NCBI GenBank assembly: GCA_963701295.1
Contig: OY969585.1
Coordinates: 2,240,001-2,304,000 of the forward strand
Direction of reading: 5' to 3'
DNA length: 64,000 nucleotides
DNA from: Ignavibacteriota bacterium
GTDB taxonomy: Bacteria; Bacteroidota; Ignavibacteria; UBA10030
Shown here: piece by piece, positions 23,001 through 32,058 of the stretch
How the letters are laid out: the number at the start of each line of letters is the position of its first letter
Position numbering within the stretch: the stretch's first letter is position 1
Program-made: the position numbers and the translations under genes
Notes under the pieces: generated by a model
What the model was told of the DNA's origin: nothing
Database searches by the model: none
Seen by the model: only the letters and a program-made list of their open reading frames with translations

Positions 23001-23678
23001 CATTCGGCATGGCCCTCGATGGTGTGGCAGACGTATGATTACTATTTTGAACCGACTGCTGCCTATTTTGGCTGCAAGAAAGCTTGCGAACCGTTGCATA
23101 TTCAATGGAATCCTATAAGCGACAGTATCGAAGTTGTCAACTACAGGAATTCGAATGGAACAAAGCTTACGGCAGTGATGGAGATTCTCAATCTTGATGG
23201 CTCGGTAAAGTCCCAAAAGAAAATCGTTATCGATTGTCCTGAAGACCATACCGTTCAATGTTGTAAGATGGAATATCCAGAGCATTTAAGCAGCGTCTAT
23301 TTTATACGCCTAACTTTAAAAAAAGGCAAATCAACACTCTCGGAAAATCTTTACTGGCGCGGATTGAAAGAGGGAGATCTCAAAGCTGTTCTAAGTCTTC
23401 CGAAAGTGAAATTAGAGATAAACACAAAAGTGGTACGAAAAGGAAACCAATTGAATCTGACGACAACGTTGATCAATAAAACAAAACAGCCGGCACTAAT
23501 GGTCAAGTTGAACGTGGTCGGTAATAAGAGCAAAGAACGAATGTTGCCTGTCATCTTTAGTGATAACTTCGTATCGCTTATGCCGGGCGAGAAACGAAAT
23601 ATCACCTTGGAATTGCAGGATGCAGATACACGCGGTGAACAACCGGTCGTAGTTGTCGAAGATTTTCGAGAGGAATAA
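20079..23678 (+). CDS. GH2-family glycosidase (beta-mannosidase/exo-beta-glucosaminidase-like) with discoidin F5/8 domains, exported
   Basis: EWVYVDLG..GRYVRI discoidin; FNGINWKAEVYLNG, GWDW, IRNWVGQ, RNHPS...GRNEG, HSEMGMP, DNFVSLMPGE. Confidence 0.88.
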   Translation: MKITTPWGKKTHSLPSWKFSSVTLLTIIFVLIFSVHAQEYTRGVGVYPGDPKEDFSPTMKIDSTNYRNLALHRPAYHSSSYNYNLTAQLITDGIKESQLPAWIVTTSSSDSIVKRNERETVLDRHIMTRKNLDGPVAWLQIEMAGNSIIPVLDSIDVSGSLLVDSLHAQHWNITILGSQDGSQWKKLGSVNGDTLPGDSVTGPWRRFLPPNLRVFSYPFKLNTLAHYKIYRVDVNSPNAKGWAITEFAMCSNGKRADIGGPYDFTSAWMSAGSKEEWVYVDLGAECSFDRIVLNWIRRPAVGSIQISYNAAHWKDLAPLPHHSDNVDDVKFESPIRGRYVRILMNQPESTDGCILSELEVYGTGGPIAIAHPQAPLRKDGRMDLSGGGWKLQRESLVHTNGETLSKPGFIDNDWIIATVPATVLVTYLNAGALPDPNFGDNQLLISDSYFYSDFWYRNEFTAPSVYKGKRMFLNFNGINWKAEVYLNGQKLGMIEGAFTRGQFDVTDILLPGENNVVAVRIKKNDTPGFVKEQTKFSHDANGGEIGADNPTFHASVGWDWMPTIRGRNIGIYNDVYLSVTGPVTIEDPFVSTDLPLPDTTSADITLALTLRNHTSSNVTGIIHGTFGTVRFEQSVTLNALETKSVKLSPATHPSLRLQNPKLWWPNGYGQQNLYDIELKFITADGGTSDSKTFRTGIREMSYSEDDGVLKIWVNGRRFIGFGGNWGFSESMLRYRAREYDIAVRYHREMNFTMIRNWVGQTANDEFYEACDRYGIMIWQDFWLANPVDGPNPDNNTMFMQNVDDFVKRIRNHPSLALYVGRNEGNPPEALDSAIRRVLLQIHPDVHYISNSASGVVSGGGPYRAMPIKFYFEKRATEKLHSEMGMPNMVSYESLKHMIPDSALWPIDRLWGVHDFSLESAQYGSSFIQQINDNFGPVNDLREWLLLAQWINYQGYRAMFEAQSKNRMGILLWMSHSAWPSMVWQTYDYYFEPTAAYFGCKKACEPLHIQWNPISDSIEVVNYRNSNGTKLTAVMEILNLDGSVKSQKKIVIDCPEDHTVQCCKMEYPEHLSSVYFIRLTLKKGKSTLSENLYWRGLKEGDLKAVLSLPKVKLEINTKVVRKGNQLNLTTTLINKTKQPALMVKLNVVGNKSKERMLPVIFSDNFVSLMPGEKRNITLELQDADTRGEQPVVVVEDFREE

Positions 23679-23698
23679 CTTAAATTAAAGGAATAAAA

Positions 23699-25513
23699 AT
23701 GAAAAATAATTCCCGCAGCTTTTCAGTAATCGGAACCATAGTTTTTGTATTCATTCTTTTAATGGATTTCAACCCTGTTCTCTGTCAGGAGAATAAAGGA
23801 TGGACGCACTTGAAATACTCGATCTTTTTCACTTATGGCGATTTGGTGCATCTACTGTCAGACAACGCTAAATTCAAGGAGACCATGTCCTACTTTGCCG
23901 CGGTGAAAATCGAGAAAGCTTACCTTGAAGGAAATAACCGCGGGGATGAAGAAATCTCGCTCTTGAAGAAAGTTTCCGAGCGGTTTCATGCAATGGGTAT
24001 AAAGACTGCAGGCGCAATGGTTCCTGTTTCCGAAAAGGGCGGGCCGATGTGTTACAATAATCCGGAAGATCTGACAACACTGGAAAAACGAATGCGGACG
24101 CTTGCTTCAATTTTTGATGAAATCATTCTTGATGACTGGCTCTTCACGATTTGTTATTGCGAAAAATGCGTTACGGACCGTGGAAATTTAAACTGGGCTG
24201 ATTATCGTACAAAATTAATTCTTGAAAAATCAAAACAGTATATCATCAATCCCGCAAAGGAAGTAAATCCTCATGTCAAAGTAACTATTAAATACCCCAA
24301 CTGGTATGAAGGACACCGGCAAAACGGTTACGATGTTTACAACGAAACCCTTCTTTATGATAAAATGGCAGTTGGAATAGAAACACGTATTTCAGAAACT
24401 CAAGACCAGCATATTCCGATTTATAGTGGTTATATTTTTCAGAAATGGTGGGCAAGTGTTGCCCCATCAAAGTGGGTTGGCTCCTGGTTAGACAATTATG
24501 GAATGAAAGGTGGAGCGAACTATTACAATGCTCAGGTTTGGCAAGCCGTCATGGCTCAAACACCTGAGATCATTCTTTGGTGTGCAGGTCAGCTTTATCC
24601 ACCCAACCCATCAAGCGATGTGTACCCTGATTTTGTTAAATTGCTTCCTGAGTTTGACAAGGTTGCCGGAATGCTGAAAGGTTCTTCTCGTGGAGTTCCG
24701 ATTTATCTTCCGTACGGTTCTATCGGTGAGTATAATATTTTCGGTTATTTTGGAATGATTGGAATTCCACTCACGCCGGTTGCAGAATTCCCGACTGAAA
24801 GTCAGAATGCAATATTCACTTTGCATTCACTTCAGGATCCTCAACTTGCAGCTGAAATGATCAAGCGCTTAAAAGATGGGCATGATGTGTTTATAACATG
24901 GGCTCTCTGGAAAAAATTGGAAAACAGTGAATTCAAGAATACATTCAGCTTGATTCCCCACGGAGGGTCAATTACGTCTTCAGAGTTTCGTATCCGGGAA
25001 GGATGGAATGGCCAAATTATCAAGGGCGATAAACCTTTTACATTCCCACGCATTGAAACGACAACGTGGCCATATGTCCGAGACGTGGCAGTTGTTGAAG
25101 AGGATTATGACATGGCGGTGTTCTTGAAAACACAATATCTGAATGGAACCATCTATGTCCTTAATACGCCTGATAACAGTTATGACTTGCAGCGTCTTCC
25201 GACTGAAGCGCTGAATATAATACGCCGGGCATTCAGCAAAGAACTCGGTTTTACTTTACAAAGTCCTGGAAATGTCGGGAGTTATTTGTTTGGACAAAAA
25301 CAATATGTTCTTTATAATATGGGAGATAAAGAAGCGCCTGTTTCACTGCGGTTCACCGAAAATATTGCAACTTCCGGTTGGTGCGAACTCCTCCATGATA
25401 AAGAGTTACTTGTAAAAGAGGATACGTCATTTGTACGGTTTAAAGGTCCCATTATCAGAGACGTCTCTCTCACGATTAAGCCTTTTGAAATTGTGATTGT
25501 AGAAGCTCCATGA
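23699..25513 (+). CDS. Exported hypothetical protein, possibly a TIM-barrel glycoside hydrolase-like enzyme
   Basis: 604 aa with signal peptide; EIILDDWLF, CYCEKC, KYPNWYE, VGIETR; 20 bp downstream of GH2 with its own RBS. Confidence 0.55.
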   Translation: MKNNSRSFSVIGTIVFVFILLMDFNPVLCQENKGWTHLKYSIFFTYGDLVHLLSDNAKFKETMSYFAAVKIEKAYLEGNNRGDEEISLLKKVSERFHAMGIKTAGAMVPVSEKGGPMCYNNPEDLTTLEKRMRTLASIFDEIILDDWLFTICYCEKCVTDRGNLNWADYRTKLILEKSKQYIINPAKEVNPHVKVTIKYPNWYEGHRQNGYDVYNETLLYDKMAVGIETRISETQDQHIPIYSGYIFQKWWASVAPSKWVGSWLDNYGMKGGANYYNAQVWQAVMAQTPEIILWCAGQLYPPNPSSDVYPDFVKLLPEFDKVAGMLKGSSRGVPIYLPYGSIGEYNIFGYFGMIGIPLTPVAEFPTESQNAIFTLHSLQDPQLAAEMIKRLKDGHDVFITWALWKKLENSEFKNTFSLIPHGGSITSSEFRIREGWNGQIIKGDKPFTFPRIETTTWPYVRDVAVVEEDYDMAVFLKTQYLNGTIYVLNTPDNSYDLQRLPTEALNIIRRAFSKELGFTLQSPGNVGSYLFGQKQYVLYNMGDKEAPVSLRFTENIATSGWCELLHDKELLVKEDTSFVRFKGPIIRDVSLTIKPFEIVIVEAP

Positions 25514-25815
25514 GGATCAGATTCTGGAGATGGATTTTTGGACGCCATTGAATTTTTCTGAATATCATAGAAAAGAATACACATTCAAGTTCAGAATGTC
25601 CTTGTCCTGGATTCTTAATTATGGAATTCATAAGAGAGATATTTTTTGCTACCTGGCAACCCAAAAGGAATATTTGATTATATTATTCGCTGGTTGTTTA
25701 GAGGAACAGTCTATCACAACCGCCCGAAATATGACAGACGCACAAAACGCGAAAACTGGCGGGTTAACCATCCGATAGGATATACACTGACCGATAAAGA
25801 GTTTTTGAGAAAATC

Positions 25816-26298
25816 ATGACAAGACAAGTGAAAATCTCTGATGCTGATGCACTATGCCGTATCTATAATAAATACGTAACGGGCACACGAATTACTTTTG
25901 AGGAGACTCCGTTACAAGTAGATGAAATGGCAGACCGTATTAATAACATCACACAAAATTATCCATGGTTGGTCTATGAAAAAGATGGAAAAATCTTGGG
26001 TTATACCTATGCAAGCCAATGGAAGGGAAGGTCTGCATATCGTTATTCGGTTGAAACAGGAATATATATCGATTCGGACTTCGTCAGCAAAGGAATAGGC
26101 GCAATACTGAAGGGAGAGTTGCTTAAGGCATTAAGGGAAAAATCGATTCATAGCGTGATATGTGGGATTGCGTTACCCAATCCAGCAAGTATAGCGCTAT
26201 GCGAAAAATTTGGTTTTAAAAAAGTTGCTCATTTTAAAGAAGTGGGCTATAAATTAGGTGAATGGGTGGATGTTGGCTATTGGGAGCTAATACTATAA
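25816..26298 (+). CDS. GNAT N-acetyltransferase, phosphinothricin/methionine sulfoximine (YncA/Pat) type
   Basis: IYNKYV..ITFEE, SAYRYSVETGIY, SKGIG, NPASIALCEKFGF, VGYKLGEWVDVGYW. Confidence 0.9.
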   Translation: MTRQVKISDADALCRIYNKYVTGTRITFEETPLQVDEMADRINNITQNYPWLVYEKDGKILGYTYASQWKGRSAYRYSVETGIYIDSDFVSKGIGAILKGELLKALREKSIHSVICGIALPNPASIALCEKFGFKKVAHFKEVGYKLGEWVDVGYWELIL

Positions 26299-26334
26299 AA
26301 TACATTTTTTCTCACACGAGCATCAGAAGAACAT

Positions 26335-26721
26335 ATGCAGCAAAAACGTCAAGACCACGAACAGCCATCCGTTATTGCCAGGCAAGGTTGGCGATATCAC
26401 CACTTAGGCATCCCTACTTCAATTCCCCATCCCGATGAGCGTTATCTGCCGCATCTCAAGATACATGTTTCGGGTTTTGAGAGCAGCCCTTACGGTATTG
26501 AGTGGATGCGTTTCGATCCAGACTGCGAGATATCTGAAGTTATCAGGACGGTGCCGCACATCGCTTTTGAAGTGGACGATCTCGATGCGGCGCTCATCGA
26601 TCAAACTTTGATCGGTGAAGTGAGTTCACCATCCGATGGAGTGAGAGTAGCTATGATTATTCACGATGGTGCTCCTATCGAACTCTTAGAGTTTCCAAAA
26701 TCAAAAATAATATCGAGATAA
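26335..26721 (+). CDS. VOC/glyoxalase-like hypothetical protein
   Basis: YHHLGIP, IEWMRF, PHIAFEVDDLDAA, GAPIELLEF. Confidence 0.65.
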   Translation: MQQKRQDHEQPSVIARQGWRYHHLGIPTSIPHPDERYLPHLKIHVSGFESSPYGIEWMRFDPDCEISEVIRTVPHIAFEVDDLDAALIDQTLIGEVSSPSDGVRVAMIIHDGAPIELLEFPKSKIISR

Positions 26722-26864
26722 TGTCGAATAAAAGAAATTGGTTGCCTATCCAGCAACTCAAGCTTGACTTGGAACCTAAGCGCAAATAATTCTAAGATCA
26801 GAACGAATATTAAAGCGGGAGAGAAGAATCCCGTTTTTACTCATCAGATTCAAAGGAACTGATT

Positions 26865-27731
26865 ATGAAAATTACTAAGGCGGTCATCACTGCAGCCGGT
26901 AAGGGACAGCGGAATCTGCCTCTCCAGACACTTATCGACCGTGATGGTCAGCAGAAATCTGTCCTCAGCGTCATTGTCGAAGAGGTCGTGCGGGCAGGAA
27001 TCAAAGATATTTGCATCATTATTCATCCTGATGATGAAGATGCGTTCCGTTCGGTTGCAGGGGACCATTCCAGGCATTTGTCTTTTGTGTACCAGAAAGA
27101 ACCGCGCGGATATGGTCATGCTGTTTGGTGTGCGAAGGATTTTACGAAAGGAGAATCGTTTCTTCATCTTATCGGCGATCATCTGTATGTAAGCAGGACG
27201 GAGAAAGGATGCGCCCAGCATGTTGTAGAAACCGCGGAAGCAGAATTATGCGCTGTCTCAGCAGTACAGGCTACACGTGAAGGGCTTCTTCCGAATTTTG
27301 GCGCAATCAGCGGCAAGCGTATTCACGGCAAAAACGATCTCTATGTGATTGACCATGTCATCGAGAAACCTACGCCTACGGAAGCTGAACAACGATTGAT
27401 CGTACCAGGACTTCGCACAGGGTACTACTTCTGTTTCTTTGGAATTCATGTCTTAACACCAGCAGTGATGGAAATCCTGGATGAATTCAAGAAAACGAAT
27501 AATACACATCTTGCCACCATTTCAAATGCCCTGCAAGAATTGGCACAGAAAGAAAAATATCTCGCACTGGAAATGAATGATTACCGGTACAATGTCGGTG
27601 TCAAATATGGATTGCTGAATGCACAACTTGCCCTTGCGCTCCATGGAAAAGATCGCGATGAAGTTATTGCTATGCTTATGGAGATGCTTTTACTTCGTGA
27701 ACACCATGCAAACGAAAGGAGCAGAGAATGA
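26865..27731 (+). CDS. GalU/GalF-like sugar-phosphate nucleotidyltransferase
   Basis: [30 protein letters not shown]; stop overlaps next start (ATGA). Confidence 0.82.
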   Translation: MKITKAVITAAGKGQRNLPLQTLIDRDGQQKSVLSVIVEEVVRAGIKDICIIIHPDDEDAFRSVAGDHSRHLSFVYQKEPRGYGHAVWCAKDFTKGESFLHLIGDHLYVSRTEKGCAQHVVETAEAELCAVSAVQATREGLLPNFGAISGKRIHGKNDLYVIDHVIEKPTPTEAEQRLIVPGLRTGYYFCFFGIHVLTPAVMEILDEFKKTNNTHLATISNALQELAQKEKYLALEMNDYRYNVGVKYGLLNAQLALALHGKDRDEVIAMLMEMLLLREHHANERSRE

Positions 27732-30700
27732 GCCGCCTGACTGCCCTTATTACGGCAGAGAACCAGGATATCCGCGATCAAGCGCTCGATGCATTCTGTC
27801 ATTCGGCATCGCTGGAACAATTGCTTGATGAGTGTGCGTCTCTCGAACACTTTCGTCATGCAAGTTCCAATCTCTACGAACAAGTTAAGGCGCTGTTTTT
27901 CCTGTATGCGATTCATCGTTTCCACATACCGTCCAAAAAAGAATTTTCAGCGCGCGGACTTATTCCGTTTGATGGATATGAAGATCTCTTGCACCGCCGT
28001 TTTGAAGAAGCCATTCAGAGATTTCTTTCTGCGCAGAACACGAACGGACCTCATGATGGTATTTCGAGCGCGCTTGCTGCGGCGTACCGCAATCTTGGTT
28101 TTCAGACACTGGCAAATCAAGTACGGGCAAGCGTCCGCTCTGTTCGTGGAAATCAGTGGATGTTCAGAGCAGGGCATCCTTCAGATCATCCGCTGCGCAT
28201 TGATCCGATCCTGCTCAAAAAGACAAACGGGCTCTTCCCTATTCTTCACGAACAAACTCCTGTACGTATGGATTTATCGCATAGCGGCTGGAGTGATATT
28301 TTCTTTTTAGGAATGGATTTTCCTGAAGGCGCACGTGTTCTCAACATCTCTATCGATCTTGCTGTCAAGGATCAAAATGTTCAGCAGATTCCCCGCCCTC
28401 CAGTGGAAGCATATTTCAGAATTATTGATACGCCTGTTATTCGGTTGCTCAGCACCGATCTTGGAGCTGTAGCGGAAATCACTTCGTTCGCCCAAGTATT
28501 TGATTATGCAGCAGATTATCTTGGTTTACTCAAAGCTGCAGTAATCGCCTCGGGAATTGTACCGCCTAGTATGGAAGGTGTGCATCAGTCCATCTCGGAT
28601 CTCTTGTCACAGTTGGCAGGGCCAGGTTTAGGAATCGAAATTGTGAGCCAGGTGAATGGAATTCCCAAGGGATCTCGTCTCGCTGTTTCGACAACGCTTC
28701 TTGGTTCTATTATTTCTGTTTGTATGCGAGCCACGAGACAAACTTCTGCGCTCATCGGGTCATTGACCGAAAGCGAGCGGCGCACCGTCGCTGCTCGAGC
28801 TATTCTTGGTGAGTGGCTCGGCGGATCAGGAGGCGGTTGGCAAGATTCCGGAGGCATCTGGCCCGGCATCAAGCTTATAGAAGGAGTATGCAGCGCAGAA
28901 GGCGATATCGAGTACGGCATCAGCCGTGGGTGTTTGCTGCCTCATCATACAATTCTTACACTGGATGATGTCTCCCTGCAGACACGAACACAACTTCAAG
29001 AGAGTCTTGTTCTTGTTCATGGAGGTATGGCACAGGATGTCGGACCAATTTTAGAAATGGTCACGGAGCGTTATCTGCTTCGTTCGGAAATTGAATGGAA
29101 GGGACGACAACAAGCTCTTGCGTTATTCGATCAGATTCTTGCGCAGCTCAAGGGAGGAGATATTCATGCGTTAGGCAAATCCACGCATAAGAATTTTCTT
29201 GGCCCGATACAGACGATCATCCCGTGGGCAACAAACCTGTACACCGAATCTATTATTGCACGCATTGAGGCAGAATTTGGAAATGATTTTTGGGGATTCT
29301 GGATGCTTGGCGGAATGTCCGGCGGAGGAATGGGATTTCTTTTCAATCCAACACGCAAACGTGAAGCTCAGGCCCGCCTGCAGGATATTATGAGTTCTGA
29401 AAAAAAACGCCGCGAACATGGAATACCATTCGCCATGGAACCCGTTGTGTATGATTTTTCGATTAACGAAAAAGGATCATGGGCAGAAATGCTGTCTGGT
29501 GAGAAGACAGTGATGCCGCCGCTCTATTATACTCTCACTGTTCCATCCCTGATTCGCCGGGACCCGCGAACGATTACGCTCGATCAACGGAATGAACTGG
29601 AACATTTTTCTTCAGTGTGCAGAACTCATCCGGCGCTTGAGGGGATGCTGCAGAAAATTTTTGACCGTATTTTGCCGGAAGGAGGTATCCAGACCACACA
29701 TCTCCATACTTTAGAAGAGCTGCTTGAACGATATGGATTCGACAGAATTCAGCATGACCAAATAAAGGTCGATTTGCGCAGTGGCCGTATCGGACTCGCG
29801 CAAAACCGTCTTCCTGTCAATTCTACGATAACAGATGTGAAAGATGAAGATGTATTCGATATGTCTCAACAATCATCTTCTCACTATGCCTCAATTGGGT
29901 CTGAGGCGCTTGCATCAGGAACCGTTGCGGTGTTTACTCTGGCGGCTGGTGCCGGGAGCAGGTGGACAAAGGGTGCAGGAACAGTAAAAGCGCTCAATCC
30001 ATTTTGCCGGATCGGCGGAGCACACCGCACTTTTATAGAAACGCATCTGGCAAAAAGCCGGCGCTCGATGAGACAATTCAGAACAAACATTCCTCACATT
30101 ATTTCGACGGGCTACCTCACGCACGAAGCTATCATGAATTCTTTGGAAGATGAACTGCAGTATGGATATGAAGGCGAAGTTTTTCTGTCGCCAGGAAGCA
30201 GTATTGGATTGCGTTTGATTCCCACCGTACGGGATCTCCGATTTGCATGGCAAGAAATGCCGCAGCAGATTCTTGATGAACAAGCTCAGAAAGTGCTTGA
30301 AAGTCTCCACTCTTCTTTGATGGATTGGGCGCAACGAAGCGGTGAAGCAAGCGATTACATCGATAATCTTCCTCTGCAGTGTCTTAATCCTGTCGGACAT
30401 TGGTACGAGATTCCAAATCTTTTTCGTAACGGCGTTCTCTCGCGATTGCTGAAAACAAATCCCCGGCTCAAATATATCCTCGTACACAATATAGACACGA
30501 TGGGTGCAAATCTCGATCCTGCTCTTCTTGGACGGCACATAGAAAGCCAAGCCGGTATGACCGTTGAAGTCATCACCCGCCGGTTGGATGATCGCGGGGG
30601 CGGATTAGCACGCATCGATGGAAGAGTCCGGTTAATCGAAGGGCTTGCACTTCCTCGTGAAGAGTATGAGTTCGTCCTCTCCTATTACAACACAGCTACA

Positions 30701-31063
30701 TACTGGATCGATCTTCATCAGATGCTCCAAGTATTTGGGCTTGCTCGTCATGACTTGGACGATCAGAAGAAAGTAACAGAAGCGACGCGTATGATTGCGT
30801 CACGTATGCCGACATACATCACGCTGAAGAACGTTAAGAAACGTTGGGGCAAAGGCCAGGAAGATGTCTATCCCACGTTACAATATGAAAAACTCTGGGG
30901 CGATATGACAACCTTGCCGGAACTTCGATGTTTCTACATTGCTGTCCCGCGGGAACGCGGTCAGCAATTAAAAGAGCCGGCACAAATGGATGGCTGGCTC
31001 AGAGATGGATCGGCAGACTATATAGAATCGCTATGCGAGTGGCAGAAAGACAAGAAGAAGTAG
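27728..31063 (+). CDS. Fusion of GHMP sugar kinase (fucokinase-like) and UDPGP/UAP-type pyrophosphorylase
   Basis: [36 protein letters not shown] (GHMP); [25 protein letters not shown] (UDPGP fold). Confidence 0.8.
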   Translation: MSRLTALITAENQDIRDQALDAFCHSASLEQLLDECASLEHFRHASSNLYEQVKALFFLYAIHRFHIPSKKEFSARGLIPFDGYEDLLHRRFEEAIQRFLSAQNTNGPHDGISSALAAAYRNLGFQTLANQVRASVRSVRGNQWMFRAGHPSDHPLRIDPILLKKTNGLFPILHEQTPVRMDLSHSGWSDIFFLGMDFPEGARVLNISIDLAVKDQNVQQIPRPPVEAYFRIIDTPVIRLLSTDLGAVAEITSFAQVFDYAADYLGLLKAAVIASGIVPPSMEGVHQSISDLLSQLAGPGLGIEIVSQVNGIPKGSRLAVSTTLLGSIISVCMRATRQTSALIGSLTESERRTVAARAILGEWLGGSGGGWQDSGGIWPGIKLIEGVCSAEGDIEYGISRGCLLPHHTILTLDDVSLQTRTQLQESLVLVHGGMAQDVGPILEMVTERYLLRSEIEWKGRQQALALFDQILAQLKGGDIHALGKSTHKNFLGPIQTIIPWATNLYTESIIARIEAEFGNDFWGFWMLGGMSGGGMGFLFNPTRKREAQARLQDIMSSEKKRREHGIPFAMEPVVYDFSINEKGSWAEMLSGEKTVMPPLYYTLTVPSLIRRDPRTITLDQRNELEHFSSVCRTHPALEGMLQKIFDRILPEGGIQTTHLHTLEELLERYGFDRIQHDQIKVDLRSGRIGLAQNRLPVNSTITDVKDEDVFDMSQQSSSHYASIGSEALASGTVAVFTLAAGAGSRWTKGAGTVKALNPFCRIGGAHRTFIETHLAKSRRSMRQFRTNIPHIISTGYLTHEAIMNSLEDELQYGYEGEVFLSPGSSIGLRLIPTVRDLRFAWQEMPQQILDEQAQKVLESLHSSLMDWAQRSGEASDYIDNLPLQCLNPVGHWYEIPNLFRNGVLSRLLKTNPRLKYILVHNIDTMGANLDPALLGRHIESQAGMTVEVITRRLDDRGGGLARIDGRVRLIEGLALPREEYEFVLSYYNTATYWIDLHQMLQVFGLARHDLDDQKKVTEATRMIASRMPTYITLKNVKKRWGKGQEDVYPTLQYEKLWGDMTTLPELRCFYIAVPRERGQQLKEPAQMDGWLRDGSADYIESLCEWQKDKKK

Positions 31064-31127
31064 GCGAAAAATTTAATGCATTTACCCAGAGAGATACGTG
31101 TTTCGACATTTTGATAATTTTCAATGG

Positions 31128-31160
31128 CGTAGCTTAGCGCCCATCCGTTAAGCGGCAGGA
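31128..31160 (+). mobile_element. Right arm of an attC-like integron cassette site (L' and R' boxes)
   Basis: GTAGCTT...GTTAAGC (GTTRRRY at 31147-31153) just upstream of the DinB gene. Confidence 0.65.
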
Positions 31161-31169
31161 AAGAATATT

Positions 31170-31616
31170 ATGAAATACATTTCTCGATTAAACGAACAGA
31201 AAGAAATCCTAAATAATTTCTTTGATAGAAAGATTATTTATAATAAGAGATATAGAAAAGGTGGATGGACGGGAAAAGAAGTATTGATCCACATTAAAGA
31301 TGCTGAGACTGTAGCTTATGACAGGCTTAGAAGAATTATATCGGAGGAGAATCCGATTCTTTGGTTTTTTGAGCAAGATTTATGGCAAAAGAACCTCAAT
31401 TATATGAAACAGGATATTTCGCTTGCAAAACAGGTGTTTAGCACAAATAGAGAATCAATTGTTGAAGCAGTTGAAATGCATTTGAAAAAGTTTGCAAATA
31501 AGGAAGGTGTTCATTCTCGACGTGGTGTTTTGAGTATGAAACAATTAATTGAATTTCTTATTTGGCATACAGACAAACACATAAAACATTTAAAGAAAAT
31601 TAATCCTGCCGTCTAA
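31170..31616 (+). CDS. DinB/YfiT family protein, in gene-cassette configuration
   Basis: GGWTGKEVLIHIKDAE, RLRRIISE, FEQDLW, WHTDKHIKHL; AT-rich; stop codon inside GTCTAAC. Confidence 0.85.
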   Translation: MKYISRLNEQKEILNNFFDRKIIYNKRYRKGGWTGKEVLIHIKDAETVAYDRLRRIISEENPILWFFEQDLWQKNLNYMKQDISLAKQVFSTNRESIVEAVEMHLKKFANKEGVHSRRGVLSMKQLIEFLIWHTDKHIKHLKKINPAV

Positions 31617-31722
31617 CCATGCGAGGAAGCTGACGGAAAAAGCGTATGTGGATTTCACCGCGCGTGGAAAGTAAAGATGAATAATTTAAACATAGGAACT
31701 CGCACGAGAGCAGTAGAAATTG
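31604..31722 (+). mobile_element. Left arm and interior of an attC-like site, truncated
   Basis: RYYYAAC (GTCTAAC 31611-31617), AAGCTGAC 31627-31634, internal pairing ATTTC 31652-31656 / GAAAT 31716-31720; no closing GTTRRRY found. Confidence 0.6.
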
Positions 31723-32058
31723 AGGTCGTCATCTTCGAGTCAACGGAGACTCGCAACGTAGGCAATATCTCCGATGACAAATTCACTGCGCCGGCTGGAG
31801 TATCGATTTAACAAATGCCGCTGAACCATTTTAAAAAGAGCCAGAGGCCTGTAAAATTTTTATATAATGAAAAATAAATTGGTAAAAGGTGTCAATAGTA
31901 TTCTCCCGAGGCAATATGCAGTGCAACTGTACAGCATTTATACAAGCTATCAAGTGAAATGATAGATGCTTATATTGGGTAAGCATCCTGAAAATTATAT
32001 ACTACAACTATAAAAAGAATCCAGCAGAGAGATACGGTGAAAGAAAGGTGTTTTGATT

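Noticed and set aside
25530-25778. 82-aa ORF upstream of the GNAT gene, and ORFs 50214-50621
   Set aside because: No motifs; they run through hairpin/repeat DNA and are probably non-coding
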